DNA from: an uncultured virus (IMG/VR IMGVR_UViG_3300023173_001364)
Taxonomy: Duplodnaviria; Heunggongvirae; Uroviricota; Caudoviricetes
Reading direction: 5' to 3' (one strand)
Length of the DNA stretch: 20,000 bases
Virus record (IMG/VR): IMGVR_UViG_3300023173_001364
Location: 53,748-73,747 of that record
Positions 8,777-15,936 of the stretch are shown in pieces. The notes below the pieces were generated by a model, which was not told the DNA's origin, made no database searches, and was given only the letters and a program-made list of their open reading frames with translations. Both the position numbers and the translations under genes were made by a program. How positions within the stretch are numbered: the first letter of the stretch is position 1; each line of letters begins with the position of its first letter.

Positions 8777-8805
8777 TGTATAACGCATCTTCCGTCATGT
8801 GTCAA
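8777..8805 (-). promoter_or_regulatory. degenerate early promoter cassette
   Basis: TTGACA (8805-8800)-N17-TATACA. Spacer contains AAGATGC as in P1. Confidence 0.5.
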
Positions 8806-9152
8806 CCTTTAAGATATTTTGGACCAGTCCAGTTAATGCTAAAACTTTCAAACACGTTACCACGTGCAACATTTGTTGCAGGAGCATTCCATCCTGCTGC
8901 TTTTAAGATGTCGCCTTTTTTAAACTTAGGACCATCTTCTTTAACAACAAATCCCCAAACACAGCCGTTGTTCTCTTTGGTAATCTTAATATACTTTTTA
9001 CCTTCTGAATAGCCAATGCCTGATTCAAATGCATCTACCATATTTTGTTGTACCGTTGTGTACTCATCATCTCGTAACATCCAATCACGATAGTCAGTTT
9101 TGATTGCTTCGATAAGAACTTCAACGCCAGTTTTAATATCAGTGATTTGCAT
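8802..9152 (-). CDS. hypothetical phage early protein
   Basis: 116-aa ORF with AGAGG RBS behind P4 (GKKYIKI..GDILKAAGWNAPA..ARGNV). Confidence 0.8.
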   Translation of the reverse strand: MQITDIKTGVEVLIEAIKTDYRDWMLRDDEYTTVQQNMVDAFESGIGYSEGKKYIKITKENNGCVWGFVVKEDGPKFKKGDILKAAGWNAPATNVARGNVFESFSINWTGPKYLKG

Positions 9153-9160
9153 AGTAACCT

Positions 9161-9210
9161 CTTTTCTCTGTCTACACTTATAATATAAGTATGATGTCTT
9201 GGTTTGTCAA
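9161..9210 (-). promoter_or_regulatory. early promoter cassette P4
   Basis: TTGACA (9210-9205)-N17-TATATT (9187-9182). Spacer contains CCAAGACATC. Confidence 0.85.
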
Positions 9211-9218
9211 CACCTAAA

Positions 9219-9506
9219 TCAATCTTTTTTTAGATTTTCTTTGATATCTTCGAGGGCGCCTTCGACACGACTGGGATAGTCGCCAAGATAGGTTCCGGCT
9301 TGTAAGTCATCAACATTAATAAGGTGCTTGTGAAAATGATCAATGTCATCCCATCTCTCCAACATAGTTTTACTCATAGCGTCGAAGAACGCATCACTGA
9401 GTATAGGTTCATCTTTTTTGTAGTACGCATATGCTGCTATTAAGTACCATGGTACCATCATGTTTATGTTTTCAGCAAACAATTCTGCTGCGTGGTCATC
9501 TAACAT
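9219..9506 (-). CDS. small protein resembling domain Ia of NAD+-dependent DNA ligase
   Basis: AYAYYKKDEPILSDAFFD resembles LigA YY..D.P.(I/V)SD..YD. No KxDG adenylation motif. Confidence 0.6.
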   Translation of the reverse strand: MLDDHAAELFAENINMMVPWYLIAAYAYYKKDEPILSDAFFDAMSKTMLERWDDIDHFHKHLINVDDLQAGTYLGDYPSRVEGALEDIKENLKKD

Positions 9507-9730
9507 TTGATGCCCATTTTACGTAACATATCCTGTGCCATGCTTACATCAGACTCGGCAGGTTGTTCTAGTAATTGGTCGATAACCATTTCTTGCAGTG
9601 TAACAGCCATTTTAAAATCTTCTTCGCTGAGAGATTTCATCCATTCTAGTACTTCATCAGTTGTATCAAATGACCACAACTTATCTAACATTTCTACTTG
9701 CTTAGTAGTCAATCCTTCAATACGTATCAT
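9500..9730 (-). CDS. hypothetical protein
   Basis: 76-aa ORF with AGGA RBS. Confidence 0.75.
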   Translation of the reverse strand: MIRIEGLTTKQVEMLDKLWSFDTTDEVLEWMKSLSEEDFKMAVTLQEMVIDQLLEQPAESDVSMAQDMLRKMGIKC

Positions 9731-9739
9731 ACTAGAGTC

Positions 9740-10282
9740 CTATTCAAATAAGTTTGGAGCAGAGTTTTCTTGAACAAATAAATCAGGAAACTGGTTTTTT
9801 GGAATATCTTCATCTGCTGCAGATGTTTTTGTTCCGTCCAAATAAAAGTTAATAGCCTGAATATTTAAATTAAAGTTATCGACTGCAACTTCTGCAATAG
9901 AATATACAGTATCGACTATTTCATTGTCAGCTACATTAAACAATTCTTTTTGACCTTGACTGCCTGGTACATGTTTATCTGCTAGTACTTTATGTGCTAT
10001 TTCTTCAATTTCGTGAGTTTCTTTGTTAGTAGAAACAATAATTTCTGCATAGATTCTAAAATCAACGCCTGGTTGGTTACGACCACGCATTAATGCAGTT
10101 TTGAATTTACCTCTTCCGACTTTAAGTAATCCACGTGCAGTGATTCCTGTTTCGAAATCATCGACGTGTACCCTACCGAAGTATAAAAGAAATTCTTCGT
10201 TTCCTTTTGCTTCCATATTAGACGCAGTATAGCCTTCGCTTATACGCTGTTGTCTTGCTTGTTGGTAACCTAAACCTTGCAT
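9740..10282 (-). CDS. hypothetical protein, possibly a T5orf172/GIY-YIG-like nuclease
   Basis: Pattern LLYFG..LLKVG..R...P..F..E..AH..L..ELF resembles the T5orf172 (MUG113) family. Confidence 0.45.
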   Translation of the reverse strand: MQGLGYQQARQQRISEGYTASNMEAKGNEEFLLYFGRVHVDDFETGITARGLLKVGRGKFKTALMRGRNQPGVDFRIYAEIIVSTNKETHEIEEIAHKVLADKHVPGSQGQKELFNVADNEIVDTVYSIAEVAVDNFNLNIQAINFYLDGTKTSAADEDIPKNQFPDLFVQENSAPNLFE

Positions 10283-10284
10283 TA

Positions 10285-10650
10285 TTATGATCCCATTACT
10301 AGTTCAAAACCATTTTCGAGAGTAGCATCGAAGTCTTCGATGTAAGTATGCCAGTCGCCTTGTTGCTTTGCTTGTTGAAAGCAAGACTCTGCAGCACGCC
10401 AAAAGTCACGCACTGTGCCACCGGCAGTGAAAGCACTAACTTCTACCCAAGCAGTGTCATTTTGAATTTCTTCCATTGTAGCATCGCCACGAATGAAACG
10501 ATAAAACACACGATGACTTTTTTCTTGGAAGATTGTTTGGTCAATGTTATCGGCTTCCCAAATGCTCCAAGTAGTTTCAAAGCCTTGATCTGCTTGTTGT
10601 GCATCCCAATATTCAATTGTTTGCATTGTGTTATCAACTGCTACTGTCAT
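10285..10650 (-). CDS. hypothetical early protein
   Basis: 121-aa ORF with GGAG RBS behind P5. Confidence 0.8.
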   Translation of the reverse strand: MTVAVDNTMQTIEYWDAQQADQGFETTWSIWEADNIDQTIFQEKSHRVFYRFIRGDATMEEIQNDTAWVEVSAFTAGGTVRDFWRAAESCFQQAKQQGDWHTYIEDFDATLENGFELVMGS

Positions 10651-10671
10651 TTGGTATCTCCGTTTAACTAA

Positions 10672-10746
10672 CTTACATATATAATATAAGACATCTTGGT
10701 ACGAATGTCAATAGAAAACGCAAAAAAAGAATCCTGCGTTTTCAAT
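10672..10746 (-). promoter_or_regulatory. early promoter cassette P5 with upstream stem-loop
   Basis: TTGACA (10711-10706)-N17-TATATT (10688-10683). Inverted repeat GAAAACGCA-N12-TGCGTTTTC at 10714-10743. Confidence 0.85.
10705..10746 (+). repeat. 42-bp direct repeat, copy 1
   Basis: ATGTCAATAGAAAACGCAAAAAAAGAATCCTGCGTTTTCAAT, identical to 11390-11431. Confidence 0.95.
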
Positions 10747-10756
10747 AGTTTATAAT

Positions 10757-11335
10757 TTATTTTGCAGCATGATATGTATTGTAAACATACTGCCACATTT
10801 GGCTAATGTTCTCTACCTGGCTATCTAATTTTAAAACAGCACGTGCAACAATGTTTGATTCTGCATCAATATGTTTTGCTGAATAAAAACAATCTTGCAA
10901 CATGTTTAGTGCATGTGTTTTAACTTGAGCATAACGCAAGTTTTCGAGTTTTGTTGCTTTCCATTTTTTTCCTGCATACTTACCGGTTTGGATACGACAA
11001 GTATTAGAACGTGAACAGCAAGTATAACCTTGATCTTCTAATAGGTCTTTATAGATTTTGTAGTTTTCTTCTAATTCTTTTTTGGATACGTGATCCAATT
11101 CTACGTAATCTACTACCCAGTCATTGATGTTAGTGTTAGCTAACACACGGTAAAAAGAAGTAGTTGCACCCGATTGTGCAGAATCTTTTCCGCTAAGTGC
11201 ATATGCTGCTTTGGAAAAGGCATTAGCAATGTTTACATTTTTCTTAAACTGTTCTTGTTTTGTAGCCCAAATGTGATATAATTTTTGTTGGTCATTAACA
11301 AAAACACAAAGTGTATGTGGAAGTTTGACGGTCAT
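10757..11335 (-). CDS. hypothetical protein bracketed by 42-bp direct repeats
   Basis: 192-aa ORF with GAGG RBS behind P6. No recognised family. Confidence 0.8.
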   Translation of the reverse strand: MTVKLPHTLCVFVNDQQKLYHIWATKQEQFKKNVNIANAFSKAAYALSGKDSAQSGATTSFYRVLANTNINDWVVDYVELDHVSKKELEENYKIYKDLLEDQGYTCCSRSNTCRIQTGKYAGKKWKATKLENLRYAQVKTHALNMLQDCFYSAKHIDAESNIVARAVLKLDSQVENISQMWQYVYNTYHAAK

Positions 11336-11356
11336 ATTATTACCTCATTTCTAACG

Positions 11357-11431
11357 CTTACATATATAATATAAGCATGACATCTCGGTATGTCAATAGA
11401 AAACGCAAAAAAAGAATCCTGCGTTTTCAAT
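11357..11431 (-). promoter_or_regulatory. early promoter cassette P6 with upstream stem-loop
   Basis: TTGACA (11396-11391)-N17-TATATT (11373-11368), with the same inverted repeat as P5. Confidence 0.85.
11390..11431 (+). repeat. 42-bp direct repeat, copy 2
   Basis: Identical to 10705-10746. Confidence 0.95.
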
Positions 11432-11442
11432 GAGTTTTAATT

Positions 11443-11892
11443 TTATTTGCGATTTCCTAGATAATCTTTTTCTTTGTAACTCTTAATCATATGACAACGA
11501 CAACACAGTGTGTTAATATTGTCTTCTGTATCGCTACCACCATGACTTTTTAGTTTAATATGGTCACCGTGCATAACACCTCGAGCCACTCTTACTTGAT
11601 GATAAGGATCTTCGATTGATATAATCTCAGGATCTTCACGTGGATCATACCCACATGTGTTACATTCCCAACCTCTATAAAATGTATGTGGACGTTCGGG
11701 CTTGCCCATTCCACCATACTCTACACATTCGAGTTGATGTTCTTCACACAGTATGTTACCACCAGGTCCATCGAATATACTCAAATCATTATCACAGTCT
11801 TCAAGCATACACTTAGCACCTCGGTTGTACTGCTCACGCAGTACTCCCGGGCTTTTCATCTTACGATTATCTTTATCTAACAACTTAGCCAT
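11443..11892 (-). CDS. HNH endonuclease with additional Cys/His zinc motif
   Basis: CNTC..GDHI...GG....NINTLCCRCH HNH/Zn signature plus an N-terminal CMLEDC..LCEEH. Start at ATG 11892 gives a TAATG overlap with the upstream gene. Confidence 0.8.
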   Translation of the reverse strand: MAKLLDKDNRKMKSPGVLREQYNRGAKCMLEDCDNDLSIFDGPGGNILCEEHQLECVEYGGMGKPERPHTFYRGWECNTCGYDPREDPEIISIEDPYHQVRVARGVMHGDHIKLKSHGGSDTEDNINTLCCRCHMIKSYKEKDYLGNRK

Positions 11893-13031
11893 TAGTCCCA
11901 CAAGTCCTCTTTAGAAACTGTGAAGCCGTTGTTTGGCGTGTAATTAGGAGTTTTAAGATTTGTACTTTTCTTCAACTGTGCAATTAAGAACGGAAGTCCT
12001 GTACGCATCTCTGTAGTAAACCCTCGTACACCCCAATCGTTGTAGCTGTCTGGGTTAGCTTTCGCATACCAGCTTTCGTATGCCATTTTAACTTTATCCC
12101 AAAACATTCCGTTAGGAGAAAAGTCTGCTTCAAAGAAGTCTTTAGTAAACTCTACAAACTCTTTTACATACTCATCATCTACTGTAATGCCTTGTTCGTA
12201 ACACAGGTTAAAGTATTCAAACAACTGTCTAGCTTCTTTAGCATCAACTGGGCGTTTTGCATTTAAGCGAGTCCAGTAGTCTGCAAACATACGAGTTACT
12301 TCTGGATTTTTACGTGTTTTCAGGCTCTTGCTCATTGTAGTATCTGCAAGCAATGTAAATGCACCTGCTTCGTCGTCATCACCAAACTTGCTGTTAGTAG
12401 CAAACAAGTCTGCATCACGGAAGTAGTCATTTTTCTTTGCAGTGTCTACCCATTCTTGGTCTGTTGCACCATCAACTTTAACACCATAAACCATTTGCTT
12501 ATATGTGTCGATAAAGTCTAGTGGTTGTTTTGCATCGCCATTCAATAAAATAAAGTTACGACGAATTTCAAGTTTTTGACTTGTGCAATATACAACAATT
12601 GGGATCTCACATGCCTTTAGGCGATCACCAAATACTTTAGTAGCCAAGATATACAAAGCAAGAGCCGTATGCTGGCCATCCCAAGCCACATAATTTCCAT
12701 CCTCGTTTACGTAAACTTGGATAGCCATAACCATTGTTTCACGGAAGTTTTGTAAAATTTCTAGTACGTGGCGCATATTAGGTTGTCGTTGCATACTAGC
12801 ATCAATGAGAATTTTATCTAGTGGAGTTACCTGTGCTTTGCACAGTTGTAAGTCACTAAACTTTTTCCATTGTTTATTTTTGCGTTTAAATTCGGACACC
12901 ATTTGATCTAGCTGTGCAGCGAAAAATGGTGCTTTCTCTAGTGCTTCGTTTAATCGTTCTTGTAGTGTGACAAAGTTAGATGCACTAGTTTCGTACTCTT
13001 TGTTCACACGGGTTGCGTATGATAGTTCCAT
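11892..13031 (-). CDS. ParB/Sulfiredoxin-like (DGQH-motif) protein
   Basis: ILIDASMQR..IQVY....YVAWDGQHT..IPIVVY..F..LN resembles the ParB/DUF262/DndB (DGQHR) N-terminal fold. Uncharacterised C-terminal half. Confidence 0.65.
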   Translation of the reverse strand: MELSYATRVNKEYETSASNFVTLQERLNEALEKAPFFAAQLDQMVSEFKRKNKQWKKFSDLQLCKAQVTPLDKILIDASMQRQPNMRHVLEILQNFRETMVMAIQVYVNEDGNYVAWDGQHTALALYILATKVFGDRLKACEIPIVVYCTSQKLEIRRNFILLNGDAKQPLDFIDTYKQMVYGVKVDGATDQEWVDTAKKNDYFRDADLFATNSKFGDDDEAGAFTLLADTTMSKSLKTRKNPEVTRMFADYWTRLNAKRPVDAKEARQLFEYFNLCYEQGITVDDEYVKEFVEFTKDFFEADFSPNGMFWDKVKMAYESWYAKANPDSYNDWGVRGFTTEMRTGLPFLIAQLKKSTNLKTPNYTPNNGFTVSKEDLWD

Positions 13032-13100
13032 TTACTTTTCCTTTAGTTGCGGCCTCCGGCCTATGCGGACCTACTCGTCCTAGTTTTCGTAAACGTTATT

Positions 13101-13142
13101 GCTTACATTATTTAATATAGTTTCTAATTGTTAATATGTCAA
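13101..13142 (-). promoter_or_regulatory. sigma70 promoter for the ParB-like/HNH operon
   Basis: TTGACA (13142-13137)-N17-TATATT (13119-13114), followed by TGTAAG as in the cassette family. Confidence 0.8.
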
Positions 13143-13676
13143 GACATTTGCAAACTTTTTTGCACCTTTTGACACATTTTTTTTCCATGCTTCTGCTGGG
13201 TCTTCATCGGAATCAGTGTCACTAATATATTTGTAACAGTAAAACGAATGGATACCAAACTGTCTTACTACGCTAGCAATTGCATATGCTTCCATGTCCA
13301 CAATGTGATAAGGATCTTCTGGACGAGCAAAACTATCACCGGTGCCACATACAATTTCTGTGTCTCTGTTGCTGGTATAAATGTAAGGCACTTGACGTTC
13401 TTGTGTCACAAACTTGGGAAAGCCAAGTGGAGTTAAATCCATGTCACGTTCTACTAGTGCACTAACACCTAATAGTTCTCCAGCAACACTGTCATCTCCA
13501 CCTCCAGCTGTTCCATAATTGTAAACTAATTCAGTATGTGGGTTTGCGGTAAGATATCTTGCCACTTTGCTTGCTGCATTTATTTTACCAATGCCAGTAT
13601 ACACAACATTCATACCTTTTGGTGCCATTGACATTGGAAATTCATCTTCTAGTGCAACAAAAATTACTGTACTCAT
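13131..13676 (-). CDS. MTA/SAH nucleosidase-like (PNP/UDP family) protein
   Basis: VALEDE, TGIGKINAA, NYGTAG, TGDSF, VDMEAYA and KYISD motifs of Pfs/MtnN-like enzymes. Confidence 0.85.
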   Translation of the reverse strand: MSTVIFVALEDEFPMSMAPKGMNVVYTGIGKINAASKVARYLTANPHTELVYNYGTAGGGDDSVAGELLGVSALVERDMDLTPLGFPKFVTQERQVPYIYTSNRDTEIVCGTGDSFARPEDPYHIVDMEAYAIASVVRQFGIHSFYCYKYISDTDSDEDPAEAWKKNVSKGAKKFANVLTY

Positions 13677-14587
13677 AGCATTTGTAACTCGATTAGCGTA
13701 GCACTTAAATTAATTTCAACATCAGCAACACTTACATGTTTAACTAATCCGTTACGAATAATAATAACTGCTTCGTCTTGTTTGTCTGCTGTATCTCCAA
13801 ATAATTCAATATTATCATACAACCAACGATAGATTTCTTCGTACTCACCAGGAGGCGCATTTACTGTAATAAGTTTACGAGCTTCTTTGATATTACCACT
13901 TTTAAATAGTTCGACCATTTTAATACGCCAAGAAGTATCAGTCTGATCTGCTTCAAATTTTACTAATTCATTGTTTACTGTTGCAGCTTGTAAGTTATTA
14001 ATAGTCTTGCGCATATCTGGATATGTTGCTTTTACATATGTATCAAGTAAGTCTAAATCAAATTTTACACCTTCTGTAATTAAAATTTCAGCACATCGAG
14101 CAGTAAATTCAACAGGATCTTGTTGTTGTATTTGTATAATCTGAGTTCTACTTTGTAGTGCAGGAATAATTTTATTTGGATAGTTACAAGTTAAAATAAA
14201 ACGCACACTGGAATGGTATTGTTCCATAACTCCACGTAGTGCTGCTTGTGCATCCGGAGACAAATAATCCGCCTCGTCGAGTAAAATGATTTTAAACTCT
14301 CCCCACGGCATTGTTTCACTAAAATTAGTAATTTTATTACGTACCCAATGAATACCGTTATCACGACTTGCGTTAATAAACAATACGTCAGCATCCTGTA
14401 CATCTAGTTCGTTAATCAAAATCCTTGCTAGTGTAGTTTTACCTGTGCCTGCACTACCTGCAAATAGCAAATGCGGAATACTTTTATCAGCAATCCAGTT
14501 TTCAACTTGTCGTCTGTGCGACTGGTTTTTAAATACGTATCCGTCTACTTTTTTAGGACGATACTTTTCTACCCAGATGTCTTTCAT
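13673..14587 (-). CDS. sliding-clamp loader ATPase subunit (RFC small subunit / T4 gp44-like)
   Basis: WVEKYRP, PHLLFAGSAGTGKTT, INAS, IILLDEAD, FILTCNY, LQSR. Confidence 0.93.
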   Translation of the reverse strand: MKDIWVEKYRPKKVDGYVFKNQSHRRQVENWIADKSIPHLLFAGSAGTGKTTLARILINELDVQDADVLFINASRDNGIHWVRNKITNFSETMPWGEFKIILLDEADYLSPDAQAALRGVMEQYHSSVRFILTCNYPNKIIPALQSRTQIIQIQQQDPVEFTARCAEILITEGVKFDLDLLDTYVKATYPDMRKTINNLQAATVNNELVKFEADQTDTSWRIKMVELFKSGNIKEARKLITVNAPPGEYEEIYRWLYDNIELFGDTADKQDEAVIIIRNGLVKHVSVADVEINLSATLIELQML

Positions 14588-14619
14588 TTATATATGCCTT
14601 CAATTGTATAATGTTTACT

Positions 14620-14648
14620 ATTATATACTGCCCAAAAGAAACAGTCAA
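14620..14648 (-). promoter_or_regulatory. sigma70 promoter for the clamp loader
   Basis: TTGACT (14648-14643)-N17-TATAAT (14625-14620). Confidence 0.75.
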
Positions 14649-14704
14649 GACGTTTATAGCCTTGACTGCGTAGTTTTTTATACCATGCTACGTAATTTTC
14701 TAGT

Positions 14705-15028
14705 CTAGATAATATCCGCTGTATCACCTTGATATACACCCATGATTTCTTTTGCTTCAATTCCGTAAAGTTTTTTACCTTCTGGGTGATCAATGTCAAA
14801 TCCACGTGTCCAGCGTCCGTGTGGTACAGCAACAATGTCACCTTTTTTAACATCACTTGCTACTTCTGAACGTTCGCCTACATCATGGATTTCAAAGAAA
14901 CGTGTTTTAATTCCACGTTCGTTTGCATCGTCGTCTAAAATAATAAGTCCGCTTTTAGTTGTAGTTTCACCTGGCGGATTAACAAAAAATCCTAGTACGC
15001 TAGTTGCTGTTGCTCTAACTTGTCTCAT
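14705..15028 (-). CDS. GroES-like co-chaperonin
   Basis: Mobile loop ETTTKSGLIIL, then VG....VKKGDIV and a C-terminal EIMGV, i.e. the Cpn10 pattern. Confidence 0.75.
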   Translation of the reverse strand: MRQVRATATSVLGFFVNPPGETTTKSGLIILDDDANERGIKTRFFEIHDVGERSEVASDVKKGDIVAVPHGRWTRGFDIDHPEGKKLYGIEAKEIMGVYQGDTADII

Positions 15029-15433
15029 TTATTCCTCATTATTGCTAAGTTCGATAGTTTCCATACTACCATCATCATATTCAATCTCCATATACTGAGA
15101 TCCATCTTCTCTAGTTTTTGTAATTTTACTAATTGCTTCTGGCTCTGCAGGAGGATCAAATTCTTCCATAATAGCCTGTTCTTCTTGTGGCTCTAATTTA
15201 GTTTGTGTAATTGGTTTTGGATCACTGATAGCAGTTTGCTGCGGAGGCGTTTTTGTATTTTGTGACATACGTGCAATGTCTTCTGCACTATACTTTACAC
15301 TGCCGTCTGGATTTAGTCTGTCTCCACGTGCATTCATTAGCACATTACCAACAGCTCTTACTTTTTCATTTCTAGCACTAAGTGCAGCCATGTCTATCAT
15401 TTGACCACGAGCTGTTTTAATACGTCTGCTCAT
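15029..15433 (-). CDS. hypothetical phage protein
   Basis: 134-aa ORF with a basic N-terminus (KTARGQMIDM..RAVGN..NARGD) and an acidic, Pro-rich C-terminus. Confidence 0.8.
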   Translation of the reverse strand: MSRRIKTARGQMIDMAALSARNEKVRAVGNVLMNARGDRLNPDGSVKYSAEDIARMSQNTKTPPQQTAISDPKPITQTKLEPQEEQAIMEEFDPPAEPEAISKITKTREDGSQYMEIEYDDGSMETIELSNNEE

Positions 15434-15933
15434 CTAAAGAATTCCTTATAATCTAAATCATATTTAATACTATTAATTTTGTGTACACCTATCAAATATA
15501 ATATATAACTTGCAACAGAACTTCCTCGTCCAACACCCCATACAATTCCATCTTGACGTAGTGTGTGTACAAGATAGTTTAAAAATTTAAGTACAGGAAC
15601 CATGTCACGTTCTTTGTAAAGTTGTAACTCCTGTTCTACTCTTTGTTTTTCCTCGGGTGTAGTTGCCAAACTTAATACGTGTGTTTCAATATCAAATTGT
15701 TGGAACTCGTCTGGCATAAACCAATTTTGCTCTATTGCTTTATTATACTTATCTGTTTCGTCATCTGGTGTTTCAACATCAATAGTATCATTGAATAAAA
15801 ATAAACTGCACAGATGATTATATTTGTCTATTGTTACTGTATCTTTCATTGTCACCGTATGTGGATTTATATCTGATAGCATCATTTCTACCAAATCATT
15901 TTCTGTAACGATTATTTCATTACTGTTATTCAA
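15430..15933 (-). CDS. stand-alone fragment of DNA polymerase III alpha subunit (DnaE-like)
   Basis: RVEQELQLY..GVGRGSSVASYILYLIGVHKINSIKYDL..F matches the DnaE GPGRGS.AGSLV.Y.LGIT..DP....L.FERF region. Only 167 aa. Confidence 0.8.
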   Translation of the reverse strand: MNNSNEIIVTENDLVEMMLSDINPHTVTMKDTVTIDKYNHLCSLFLFNDTIDVETPDDETDKYNKAIEQNWFMPDEFQQFDIETHVLSLATTPEEKQRVEQELQLYKERDMVPVLKFLNYLVHTLRQDGIVWGVGRGSSVASYILYLIGVHKINSIKYDLDYKEFFR

Positions 15934-15936
15934 TTA

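Noticed and set aside
6510..11431. Repeated intergenic elements as a CRISPR array or attC integron sites
   Set aside because: The repeats are separated by whole genes of variable length, are degenerate, match sigma70 promoters, lack attC RYYYAAC/GTTRRRY ends, and no cas or integrase gene is present.
13040..13085. GC-rich stretch as a tRNA or known riboswitch
   Set aside because: Too short, with no cloverleaf, T-loop or recognisable aptamer consensus. Kept only as a possible structured leader.
14584..14856. 90-aa minus-strand ORF
   Set aside because: Half overlaps the GroES-like gene in another frame, has no convincing RBS or start, and its remainder holds the clamp-loader promoter.
15029..15933. 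Frameshift or intron joining the DnaE fragment to the next ORF
   Set aside because: The downstream ORF has no DnaE motifs and the junction is an ordinary ATGA overlap.
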